From the NCBI GenBank assembly GCA_050084515.1, contig CM114271.1, positions 37,076,001 through 37,140,000 on the forward strand: a stretch of DNA of 64,000 nucleotides. The letters are read 5' to 3'. Within the stretch, counting starts at the first letter, position 1. Every line of letters begins with the position of its first letter. Made by a program: the position numbers and the translations under genes. Below the pieces are notes generated by a model. It made no database searches and was not told the DNA's origin. It saw nothing but the letters and a program-made list of their open reading frames with translations. Below, one piece after another: positions 27,157-39,900 of this stretch. The stretch is from Blasia pusilla. Lineage: Eukaryota.

Positions 27157-29099
27157 GGACATGTTACTACTCATAACAACACAAGTTACTTTTGATATGT
27201 CCTTCTATATACCCATGCACTAAATTACATGACTTTTCTTGCGCTTGGGCATATACAATTAGTCATGTTCGAGATCAATTTGATATCCAAGGCAAAAGCT
27301 AAATTTTCTTTGAACTATCTATGAAAAAGACATGAGATCAAACCAAAGAAGGAATTTGACATAGGAATTAAAAAATCCTAGTAAGAGACTCAGAGAGTCC
27401 AACACAAAATGAAATGGTTTTTCAAAAAGAGGAAAAAGATTATTTTTTTGTTGAAATGTGATTGCTTGATTATTATTCATGCAATTTTCATGGAAAATTT
27501 CTCCTCCACGTAAGGGAAAAATTCATCTTTCCTATAATGTGTAACCATGGGTTAAGATCTAGAGTGAATTACATTGGAATAACTATAATTCCAAAAGTAG
27601 GAAAATTCATAGTATTATCATTGTGGCACCTCAAACCATCAAAAGACATAAATTTAACCAACCATGGTTAAATTTATTTGAACTAAAAAATTGAAAATTA
27701 AAACTTGGTATCATTTAATCTTTTTCCCCAAGAATTCCATGCTATTCAAAACTAGAGCAGATTTTCAGGTCGTAGATTTGTTGATATATGATGAAGCTCA
27801 AGGTAACTAATATAGCATACAATAATGATATATAAAGAATAGGTTAGAAAGTGACTTGTGTATACAAGTAATCATCTAGGATAATATGATAAACCTTTTG
27901 TGTGCTTCTTGTCCCTTTGGCAAAAAGGAGATTTCCAAGGAAGCAAGAGGAGATTTGTGGAGAGAAAAGTTTGACATGTTGAAAAAAACCTGCTTGGATT
28001 GACTAAAATTTTGGTTTGGAGGCAAATCCAATCACATAAGGCTAAAATCATGAGGTATTATGTACAACTAGAGAAGCAAGCACGTCAAAGTTATTTGATT
28101 TTATACATTTTATCTTTACTAAAAACTGTGTAATTTCCTGACTTTAGATAGTGAAGTAGATAACATCAAGAAAGCGTGAATTCATTTTCTTCATAAAAAA
28201 ACTCAATTTTGACAAAAAAATTCTTCAACATGTTTGTCATATTTTGAACCAACTATAATGCAAACGAAGTTATTGAATAGTGGGTTAGAATTTTTTTATG
28301 TTCAAGAGGTAGAGTACAATTCAGATTTTGCTTTTAAAACCCCATAAATTGACATTTTTTAATTTGTGCTATGGTTGAATCAATGGTTTTCCTAGGAAGA
28401 GAAATTGGACCAAAACAACTATTCCAATCAAAAACTTCTTTAGGGATACATTCCCTAAATCTTCACAATTGATTCTATTTATGATAAGTGAAGAGATACA
28501 ATTAGGACTTAGTGTTTCTTCAAGTAGTTTACAAGAACATACACATTATGTAGGAAGAGGAAGAGATGGAAATTGGGGCTTTGGAAACCAAAACTATGGT
28601 GGAAGATTGGCTTCAAACATGAGGATCAAGGAACCAAGGCTAGCTACCAAGGCCATAAAAAAAAATAAAAAATTATAATAGTATCATCAAAGAGTGACTT
28701 TTGGTAGAAAAGAGGGTAACTTTAAAGGTATAAAAAATCATAATAATCAAAATTATTGACCTCCTAGATCTTACAAGAACCATACGATCAAAGGTCATTA
28801 TACTAAGGGGATTGCATCAAGAAGTAGGGTGGCATAAGATCTAGCTTTTTTTCGCAAAAATATATGTGGACTCGTTCCAAAGTGACAAGCAAGTGTTGAC
28901 TATTAACCACGTCATGGAGTTAGAGAGCCCAAATACTAATGGGGAATAATGGTGCATCAATTTCGGAGCATCAAATAACATCAATTTTCATGAAGAATGA
29001 TTCATCACCATGGACCATTAAATAATCCAAATTTTTTTATGAGAGAAGATGATATAGAACATAAAATTACTCACATGGGTAAAAATCATATCAATGTTC

Positions 29100-29972
29100 T
29101 ATACTCTAGCGTGAGTAGTTTAATTAAAGGAGCCAAACACTCTAAGAGTTGAAGAGGAGATTTAGAAACTATAATAGGTTGAAGTTATGGACAAAGAACT
29201 TGTTGTCTTTGAGAAGCAATTAAGTTGGCAGTTGCTTGATCTTCTTCAAGGTAAGAGAGAAATTGGGTGCAAATGGATGATCAAGGTAACGAAAAAAATA
29301 CGATAGTATCAACATGTTCAAGGCCAAATTCATAGTCAATGGATATGAAAAAACATATATTTAATTTAGACTATGATGAGACATTTAGTATTGTACTCAA
29401 GATGGTTATGATCGAAATTGTTGTTGTATTCACAATTAATAGAGGATAAAAAATCTATCATGTGGATTACAAGAATGCATTTCTTAATTGATATTTGGAG
29501 GTGGAAGTCTACATAGTCCAACCTCATGGATATGATCATCAAGATTATCCTTCTCATGTATGCAAACTCATAAAGACTCTTGATGGACTCAAGCAAGCAG
29601 ATTGCAAGCTTAAAGAGTTTGGTATGGCAAGATCAATAAATTCTCTATTTCATTAACAATTGAAGGACTTTCAATTTTGATCATTCTTTATGTTGATGAT
29701 TTGATTTTGACTGATAGTAGTAAGGAACTGATGCGGAAAATCAAAAGGTGATTGCAAGCAGAGTTTGAGTTGAAAGATTTAGGAGAGCTAAAATAATTCC
29801 TTGTTATAGAGTTCATCAAGTATGGAGGTGATACTTAACTACTCCTATGTCATTATGCCCTTTGTAAGCTTGTTGAGTTTGGCATAATAGCATGCAAGGC
29901 TATCTTGATGCCATAGGACAAGACACACGAGTTTGAAGCTTAGAATAGATAAAGGTAATGACATATGTAATC

Positions 29973-30003
<31 letters not shown>

Positions 30004-30260
30004 CATATAATCGTTGTAAGTTTGAGCTTTTTGATTGTCAAAAGGCTGAATCTCAATATGCAATCAATTTGGTGTGATCTTTTTTGTAATGACCATAAAA
30101 ATCCTATCCTTTGGCAGACGTTAAAGCTATATGAAGTTCAAAACTATGTTTGGACTTCACAATTCATCCTTTGAGTTTTTTAATTACATGTATTACTTGA
30201 TGAAGAGTAGATAGGGATTGTTCTTGCTGAAAGACCCATTTCTGAATGTGTATTTGGATT
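29100..30260 (+). mobile_element. Highly degraded Ty1/copia reverse transcriptase remnant; boundaries approximate
   Basis: Broken-frame fragments WQLLDLLQGKREIGCKWMIK, VDYKNAFLN, CKLIKTLDGLKQA, IILYVDDLIL and EFELKDLGELK match copia RT motifs in the correct order. Confidence 0.85.
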
Positions 30261-30339
30261 TGGAAGTGCTCAAGGAGATACAGACAAAGTCAGTGTCGAC
30301 GCATATATCCATGTCCTTGGACTGACGTACATCCTATAA

Positions 30340-32180
30340 AAGGACTTCTCCATGTTGTCCCCATCTCCACCTTCTTTCTCATTTCCTCCCACTCCACTTG
30401 TGATCCGTACTTTCTTGTTTCTTCCTCCTCCCAACTCCACTCCCTCCTCCCTTACTACCCCGTCCACCCTTGCCTTGCCTTCCACCATGAACTATATGTT
30501 TGGGCCCCATCTTTTGCAATCTATGTTTGTGGATATATCCAAACTTGTCTATCTTAGGGACGAACTTGCCCATTTTTTTGCAACAATGATCAATACCAAA
30601 GAAATAACCAATTGTTCATTTGTCATGCGTTGATAGTTGAATAGAGAAGCAACCATCCTAGCATGCAAATTAATTAGTTTGGTTGAAAGTCTACTTACAT
30701 AATCTATATATAGGCATATAATTAAATTTTCATACATGCATATAGCATCAATAACATTCATTTGAATGTTTCTTACAAGGAAAAAACATATAAGAGAGGA
30801 ATAAGGCACTCTCATTTTCGTTGTGCTTATTCTCATTCTTCTTGTTCACGCACATTAATTCTCTCTCCTTTGTGTGTGTAAGTGTAGGCTTGTAGACAAT
30901 GTAGATATTACAAGATTTTCCATATAATTAATATAAACCCTTGGATTGGAATTCCAATCCAAAAGAGCATGCATGTTCTTCTCAGCGACCACAAAAACCA
31001 ATCAGAGTGTCATATTTTGCCTCCCATCTATCACAACAAAAATATCAAATTAGAACATAAGCCCACTAGACAACAATAGACATGATAGAGAAATGTGCAA
31101 AGTAAGATAATAACCATCATGATAATAATGCCTATATACATATAAATGATCACAAGTGCTTAGCCAAAGTGTTGAAATATAGGATATCATTACCCTCTTC
31201 CATAGTCTGGCTCCGAATTGGTCTTGAATCTACAATACCTTGAATATGTAAAAGACGCAACTAAATATGAAATGCTTGGAAGAATCTGATACTAAAGCGC
31301 ATGATCCTCCCATCTTTGGACCGGGTTGGAGAATCTAAATCTCCACTGATACAACTATAGGACTTAGGAATATACTATGTAAATTTATTAACATAATTGA
31401 TTGACATGGGTTTAGGATCTCTCACGACACTCTCTCAGAGCCCATTTTTCACGGTTGAGATTAAATCCTCCACAACATAAGCCGGATTAGGATGGGGCAT
31501 ACTCCATTGGAGGATGAATAGGATATTTTATAAGGAGGAAGAGCAAAATTTACTACCTGTCCTACCTTCTATTTCACAAACAACCTTTGGTGGACGAGTT
31601 GATCTAGTTAAATCTCAAGGTGGCTTCCCTCTATTGGATGATGTGGTGGGTGTTAATCTAGATTTTTTTCTAGTGTGTCGAGTTGCATGTATTCAAGGTT
31701 CTTTGAAAAATGGAGCAACATAAATAAACGAGTTAAGTTCTAGGTTAAGTTATAAAGTGAGAAGCGTAGTTGAAAGAGTAATGGGAATTTTTTAGTACTT
31801 CAATATGGATTTTGATATTTTCCTTAAAATATATGCTTACCATAATAACATTCTCTTACCAACTTACCCCTCGAACTCCTTCTTCCATTATCCATATTTA
31901 TGAAGGCCAAATTGATATGGTTGCACAAAAACAAACAAGTTCATCCCTATGACAGATATGGACGGAAAAGTTTAGACATATCCGTGGACATGAATTAAGA
32001 TGTAGAACTCACACTTATAGTTCATGATGGAAAGTATGACAAGGGCAAGTAGGGAAATAAGGGGGCAGGGAATGGAGGTGAAGGGAGGAAGAAACGGGAG
32101 CATATGGAACAGGAAGGCAAGTGGGACTATGGGAGGAATGAGAAAGAAGGAAAATGTGGGGTTCACATGGGCAAGTCCTT
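30340..32180. repeat. Diverged ~205-bp inverted repeat pair (30340-30545 and 31970-32180)
   Basis: AGGACTTCTCCATGT...CCTTCTTTCTCATT...TTCCACCATGAACTAT...GGATATATCCAAAC aligns with the reverse complement of 31970-32180. Confidence 0.7.
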
Positions 32181-32627
32181 CTGAGGTTGCATAGAAACGG
32201 ACAAGTCCAAATATGCCCAATGGGTCCCAGCCCATACCCAAGCCCGCCCCTGAGCTCGCCAAGCCCATTACGTAGACCCAGGATTGGCTACCCTCAGCCA
32301 TTTTTTAGCCCGCGGGCAATTTGTGGTAGGATTGCATGGCAAACTGGGCCCCCATTGGGCAGGATTAGGCCTGCTAAGGGCCCACGGATGAGCCCGCATA
32401 GAGCCCAAGGCTGAGCGTGCCTAATGGGGGCCTAGCCCGCCCTACGGGCCGCATGCGGGCTATAACGGGCTGGTCAAGCCGGGTCTATATTTCGGGCTCG
32501 TCGGACTCGGGTGCGGGCCACAAGTACCCGCGCCCGCATGGATATGTCCGTCCCTAGGATGAATATATACATGAACATGAACATGTCTGCAAACACGCAC
32601 TTTGTCTGTTTGCAACCTTGAGTCCTT

Positions 32628-33313
32628 TGTCACATCTGAGTAGCCGATAGGTCGAGATCTATCGTGGATAGGGCGTAGGAGCGAGCGAAGAATCTTGAGT
32701 GTAACTTTGTCCCACGGTGTCGGATGAGGTTGAAGATAGGTCCATTGTGTCAGGAACGTCATTTCTGAAAACTCTCTTGTTGAGGTCTTTCACAACCGGG
32801 TGACTTGTTGACCAGGTCACCCGCCCTTGGTAACCTGTGCGCGCACGTTACCAAGGGAATGGCTATTTTTAGGGGAAGAGCCTTTTGGCTCTTCCCAACC
32901 CTATATAAGAGAGGATCTCGAAGGTCACCTCTTTGGGTTAAGGGCCAAGGAGGTGACCTTCAAAAATAGGTTACCAAGAAGGAAGATGGCTTTCCTAAGC
33001 CATCTTTCTCATGTTGGGCCGTTGGAGCACCTCTCTTGTATGTGTGTGAGATAGGACTAGGGTGCTAGCGTTCGGATTCTTTGATAGCACAGGGTGGACG
33101 AGGCTTGATATGCCGATGTAGATTGAGGAGTGCAGTTTTAGGCCGGGTGTGCCATTTTTACTACTCTTTATTTTTGTTGTGCGATCTCCATGTATATGCA
33201 TGAGTTGATTTTTGTACATGTGTGGATCGACCCGTGTGTGGGGAAGATCGATGTTGTGTGGTGTAGATGTGATGAGCGATGTATGTTGTGTAGCAATATG
33301 TATGCGCACGACA
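32628..33313 (+). mobile_element. 686-bp non-coding insertion (solo LTR or internally deleted element) related to the ends of the 49287-63783 element
   Basis: TGTCAC...GCGCACGACA termini; exact 4-bp TSD CCTT (32624-32627 and 33314-33317); TATATAA near 32902; shares GCCAAGGAGGTGACCT.CAA.AATAGGTTA with ~49534 and its last ~45 bp with 63739-63783. Confidence 0.8.
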
Positions 33314-36300
33314 CCTTCCATAGAATTGACATAAGTGCACACACATGGGCATGTATATGGACACGAACTTTTTCCACATGAAACCTTGCAAATTGATAAG
33401 GCCAATTCAAAACATGACATTGTGATGTGCCAAAACATTGGCATTGATAAGTTGGGAAAATGTAGTGGATGGCCATTCATCTCATAGTCCATTTACATAT
33501 GACGGACCTCTAACATTTGTGTTAGATTTATTTCAAGGGATTAATCGCTTTGATCGTTGAGTTATTTATTTGTTGGCCAATTGCCTTTTATTTTGCATTT
33601 CTTGTTTCCTTCTCCTATTGGGTTAAAATAAATAAATGTGTGTCCTCGTATGAGTTTTATTCATGTAAAAAAAATTGGTATATGACATGACAAAGGACAT
33701 TAAAAATTAACATTGAAGAATAATTTTTAAAAAATGAAACATTCTAAATATTGATCCAAAGAAATCCCTTCCATCTCAACTTGTCTTCCTTTCTTTTGAA
33801 TCTAATTTTGCACAAGCATAAACCTCTTATTTCTAGTATTGTAATATAAACACTTATTAGTTGATTTTTAAAAAAACTAGTATATTATATATTTTGGCAC
33901 TATGCTCTTTGAGTGGGATGGACTCTCCACTACTCACTATGGTGTCTCTTGTGGAGATCACGTTCACTTCCTCATGATAAACATTGTACCTTTTTGGGTT
34001 ACAATAAGAATTCAAAAAATTTGGAATATAGACAAGAAAAAATATGTATCCATACAAGAGAAACAATATCCTGTTGCCCCATCATCATACATCAAAACAA
34101 AGAAGCATTTGAAAAAAAAAATAGTCATGCATAATGCGATGCACGGGTTAGAACTGGTGGATACTTTAAATTATCCGTTATCACCCTAAAATGTTCCGAT
34201 AACTCAACCGACTTTTAAATGACCCTAAGAACTATAAGTATGTAGGAACATGTGGCAAATTTATGATTTTAATTTGGCAAGTCTTGTTTTCAAAATTTTC
34301 ATATGACAAGCATAAAAAATAAACATTGCAAGATGAATGCCTATGTTTATTATATATATATATATATATATCTTCCGTTAATAGTATAGACTCATTTATA
34401 AGGAGAATTTTATTAATTTATCGATTTTTGGGTAAAATTATTGTATTTTTTTCCTAAGAATCTACTAGTACTAGTTTGAATCCCTACAATGCACCATTAT
34501 ACATTTTTCCAAGAGCGAAATATTTATCATTATGAAATCTTTATTATTATTGGAGGAGCATCTCGGGGCTACATCTTAAGAGACACTTGAACATTGCCAT
34601 GTTTTTCTACTTAGGAATATGCCGTGTGACACTCTATCATTCAAAATAGGTTTTTAATATATTTAAATTATTATGGGAGGGTGTTCGTATAAGAGGTGTC
34701 ACGCTTACTCATTACACGTGGACTCGTTTAGTTGGTATTCTTCCTCTCGTGAATTTTCATATTTTGTTCAGTGCTCTCCGAGTTGGGACGTTTTTTCACC
34801 CGTGGGCACAGTCTAGTTTTCTGTATACGTTTACCCTAAACGCACTTATAATTGTAAGCAAAAGGTGCGACCACCCTAAAATGCCGCGGGAGCATATTCA
34901 TGTCCGAAGCTTCGGACGGTGGTTTGCGAGGCGGGTGGCTCACAAGTGAGGCGGCCTTGTGGTTTCTCCTCCGACTGCGTAGTGCGTAAATGAAACGAGG
35001 ACGCTCCACGCCACCGCATTCGGCCCTCGGGTACTTCGTTTGCGTTCGGCCGATCTTAGACAGCCTTCGGCTTCGAGGACAAAAAAACAAGACGAAGTGG
35101 ATCACCGCATTCGGCCGTGTCCAATTCCGGGGCTGTCATGCAGCTCAAAGTCCCACGGACGTGTGCTTACGTGGATTCCGAAGAGGCGAATCTGTCTGGA
35201 GCCAGCTATCCGAGCCCTGGCGCCACTGGACAGGTGGAGACGTTCTACGCCAATTACCAGCTGGAAGCGAATATAGAAAATCCCTCGCTCCACGTCATCA
35301 TCTGACACTGCGCGCAATTGTTTCAAATCCCGTACGAAATATGAGAGAACATTGGAACCTAGTGGTAGATCTCAGAATCTCTCAGAGGATCTTCAGCTTA
35401 TGCCTCGGATTCGTGCTGTCGGTGGCTAGAAACAGCCAGCGCACATTGCGGAATTCGATCGTGTGGGTGGGATCATCGTACGTGGCATCGTACGCTGCTC
35501 GACATAACTCAGACTTCTCAGTGATAGATATATCGACATAGTGTACGCATGGGATTTCATCCAAGGCTTATTTGTAGTAATGGAGTTTTGTCACTTTCCC
35601 ACCTCGCTACTCGACTGTCGAGTCATCACATGCAGTACTACTTTACTTTGCACTTGAGGAAGGAGTACTCTTTTATTCCATGAAGCCTGATGCATCCAAG
35701 ATAAGTTTAAATAATCCTTCCTCATTGATTCAACGGAGCCTAAAGCAGGGTTTATGTATTTATATTTGTACATGCATATTCATACGATGTACTAGTAATA
35801 CAAAAAATTGTGGTAGACACCAGAGCAGATACGTAGATCTTATTTATTTAGTTTAAAGAAAACATTATCCACCGAAAAGAAAGAAGGAAAAAAACCGTCT
35901 TTAGACCAGCAGACATGAGATTACTCGACTCTCGAGTCAACAGTTTGACGCAAACTATCAGTTTATGACTTTACTTTGCAGTTGAATAAGGACTGTTTAT
36001 TCAAACTTCAAAGGAGCCTAAAGCAGCCAAGATTAGAAAAAATTAGAAATTAGAATAAGTAGAACTTACTCTTGTCTCATGTTCGTTAGTTATGGCGACT
36101 AGGGGAGTTATGGGAACCAAACTCCCGAGTCCCCCGGTCTAGACTCTAGTATCTACGAGTTGAATGGACCCTGATCTCGCAGTTATAAGGCCATGATTAA
36201 GTGTAGGGCTGGAGATTCGCTCCCATCGCACGGCCAGGAAATCCTCGGAAAGGCCAATTCGAACCCCTCCGTAGTGTTCACCTGTTCCGCCCTAATTGGA

Positions 36301-36911
36301 TGCTTGACTTTGGCTTAGCCACAAATGCGTCATTGTTTAGTCGTGTCTCGCACCGGATGGTCCAGTCCTGCGATGCTCAAAAGGTTCTGATTCGCGAGGG
36401 AGATTCGCCAAAAGTCAAAAGCGAGCGCCACGTGGAGTTCGCTCTCTCCTTGTGAGCTTCCACAAAAGGAGTTTCGACGCAACCGTATCTTACTGTGGAT
36501 TTGCAGTTCCGTATGGGGGTGGGCATCGCAGTCATCATCGCACCGCTTTGGTGCTTTCAAGTTTGGCCTCTCCTAACAGTTTGGGATTTCTAGAGCACAA
36601 GCGAAAAGTGCGGTGGACCCATGTCCGTGAGGTGGGAAGATAAAAACGGTCCTTTTTGTAAGGACGAAAGGATTCTCCTGCGATGTCTTCGAAATTTCTA
36701 TGCGAAAAATTCATATTATTAAAAAAATAGTTTACGGAAATATTAATATGACGATAAATAGACGAGAATTTAAAAGTTAATTATCATATTAGATAGATTA
36801 GATAGTGAAAAAAAGAAACAAAATGTATATATAGAAATTATGAAAAATCAATATACCAAAATTTATATAACTAGTAAGATTAGAAAACATTGATATGAAA
36901 AATTTATTTCA

Positions 36912-39900
36912 CTAAAATATTTTTTTATGCACCACATTTCCTATAAAGTGTCTTTTTTTATTTGAAAGTGCATCGTTTCCTATAATTATATTAATTAATT
37001 TTTTTCTTACTCTTGACAATGCTGCATATAATTGACCATGAAAAAATACTGATGTAGGTAAATAAATTCCTATATTTTTTAAAGTTTGATCTTGAGATTT
37101 ATTGATAGTCATGGCAAAAGCAAGACGAATAGGAAATTGAAATCTATGTAAATCAAAAGGTAAACCCGAATCTGATGCAATCAATGGAATTCGTGGAATA
37201 AATACTCGATCTCCAGTGTTCTTGCCTGTGATAATTTCGGCATCAATAACATGTTGCATGAATTCACGGATCACCAATTGAGTTCCATTGGCTTGTCCCT
37301 TTGAACTATTCAAGTTTCGTAAGAGCATTATAGGTGCACCAATTTTCAAGCTTAAACGATGTGGTGGTAAAATTGACGGTAAGCACGTATTTAAGAACTA
37401 TGTCGGATAGATATAACTGATCCCCTCATCCGGAATGGAATCAACACTGAGATAAGTACGTTCTTGCATAGAACAAACATATCTTAGAAGATGATTTTAG
37501 TTTTGATGCATAATATGATTCAAATACTTGTGAAGAAAATGACATGAAAATTATTTAAAAACCAATATTACCTCTCCATAGAATCGAGACATCACTTTTG
37601 CATTGATGTCATCAACATCTCGATTTTTCGGTGTAAGAATTGTTGTATCTCTTTAAAAGGTTGATGTCACGAAAATTTTCATAATCATTTCCATATAGGA
37701 TGTTAATAAGGTCACTTATCTTCTTACTCTTGATCACCATATCATTTGGCAATGGTATAAAATCCTCTCCCAAGTGAGATTGCGAAGGCACACGACCCTC
37801 TCCAACCTCCAATAGCCAATTTGCAAAAGCTTGTTGTTGTACACGCATGTTCACTTCCAAATTTTGAATTCTCATATTCGTTGTAAGCTTCATTACCCTC
37901 ACATGAGATCATAAATCTGACCTCTTTAATGTAGCTTGAATAATTTTTGGCCAGTCTCCATGACGAACAACAGGTAACATTTGGCGAAAATCCCCACCAA
38001 AGATCATTAATTTGCCACCAAACGGAACATTCCTCAAGTCTTCCGATACGACTTCCATGACATTTTGAAAAGTTTGATTTACAACCTCAAATGCATGCCG
38101 ATGAGTCATGGGTTCCTCATCCCATATTATAAGCCACGCCTTTTGAATCAAGCACGCAGCTTCACTATTAACAGGTAAACTATAAAATAACATACCAAAA
38201 GATATTAGTATGTTGGGCAAGTGTTCTCTTTACCACATTAAAAGAAATACAAAGTCATGAAATGAGTAGATACTTACGTACAAGTGGAGTTTTCATCTAC
38301 ATTAATTGGAATCTTGAAATGTGAATATGCAGTGCGTCATCTATTTAACAACAATGAAGCTATTCCCAATGAAGCGACAGCTAAAGCTATGCCTCCAACA
38401 ACTGTTACACTTGCAAGAAGAAGATTATATAAAAAGTTTTTTCCAGTTCTGCCAAACCCGTCGACGAAGAATAATCTTGAACCAGAAGAAATATCACGAG
38501 CAATAATGCTATCAAGTTTATCGTGTATCGCATCCCAAATCAAGCGTTGTCCATCATTCAAATTTTGCTCTCCTAACGTAGCTTGTTCATGTAAGTCATC
38601 TCGATCATACGTGAGCTCTTCCGCTTCCAAATAAAAATATAAAGATGAAACTTGGAAATCCGCCTCAAGCATATCTGGGAAATCAGATAATTGTTTTCCT
38701 TGATCTTGCAAATGGTAGTGGACCTTCAATAATGCGGTGTTAATAATTGAAGCGTCTGGAGCAAGATCTGGAATCATTGTTTTCTGCATAAAGGCCACGA
38801 TTTGGGAGATAAGTTAAAAAGAAAAAGGATAAAATAAGAATTTTTATCATGGAAGTAGGAATAATAATTACCTTGCGTCGTTCACGTAAAATATCCTATA
38901 TGAATGGGATAAAAAATGGACTCCATAGTTGAGCAGGTCGAGTTGGGGTGTTGTAAGCGAGAATAATAGCAAAGAGTTGACGAAGGCTTCGACTTGTGTG
39001 GATTTTTTATGCTTCTTGAAAGCATGAGAACACTTTCCTATCATCCTCAAGAAGACCCATTTGATTAGCGGCCTCTTGTAATGTTGGACATAGCACTCCT
39101 TGCAAAGTTCTCAAGTATTCATACGTAGTTGTGCCTCAAACATGATGAGGCAACAACCGCAACCAATGTCATTCTCCTTCACCTATGAAAACTTGAATGT
39201 AATCACTTAATATACCACACATAACAATTATTAAATGATGCTTGAAAATTTACGTAATTTTTAAGTATATTTTAGAAATTGCAAAACATATTTACCTAGG
39301 TGAGTAAGATATAAACGACCAATGGGATGAACACAACCATTTCTCCTTTGAATTCCTCCAATCCATTTTTTTTGGCTCCAACAATAATAGGAAGGAAACT
39401 CAATGTATAGATATTTTCGAGCCTCCAAATCTAAGTGATTAGTTGCAAACCATTGTGTAAGAGTTGTCTCCCTATTTCTTTGTAGTATCTCCTCAATATT
39501 GTCGTGATCCTTGAAGAAAACGGTTTGTAACTCTGGTAGATGAACCGCCAACCTTACAATACTTGGATGTTCCGCATGCAAGCTAAACTTGAACAATCTC
39601 CAACATGCTTCAGAGGAAGAAACATATCTATATGTGATACACAATGATGATAATAAAATGAAATTAGTAAGGTATCATATGTTCTCCAATATATAGACAT
39701 ATTGAAGCAATGAAAAAAAAAGTCACAAAAGAGTCACTACCTCGCATCAAGATAATATGATGTTTCATCGATTGTCTCCCTTGTCATTTCAGTGGTTGCA
39801 TCATTTAAAACCTTAAATGATATCGCATCAGATCCCTTATATACATATTTATATAGGTATTTCACAACGGAAATGTTATTCATTATCTCCAAATTGATAT

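Noticed and set aside
34990-35541. 183-aa ORF
   Set aside because: No recognisable domain, overlapping ORFs of similar quality in other frames, and no supporting gene structure.
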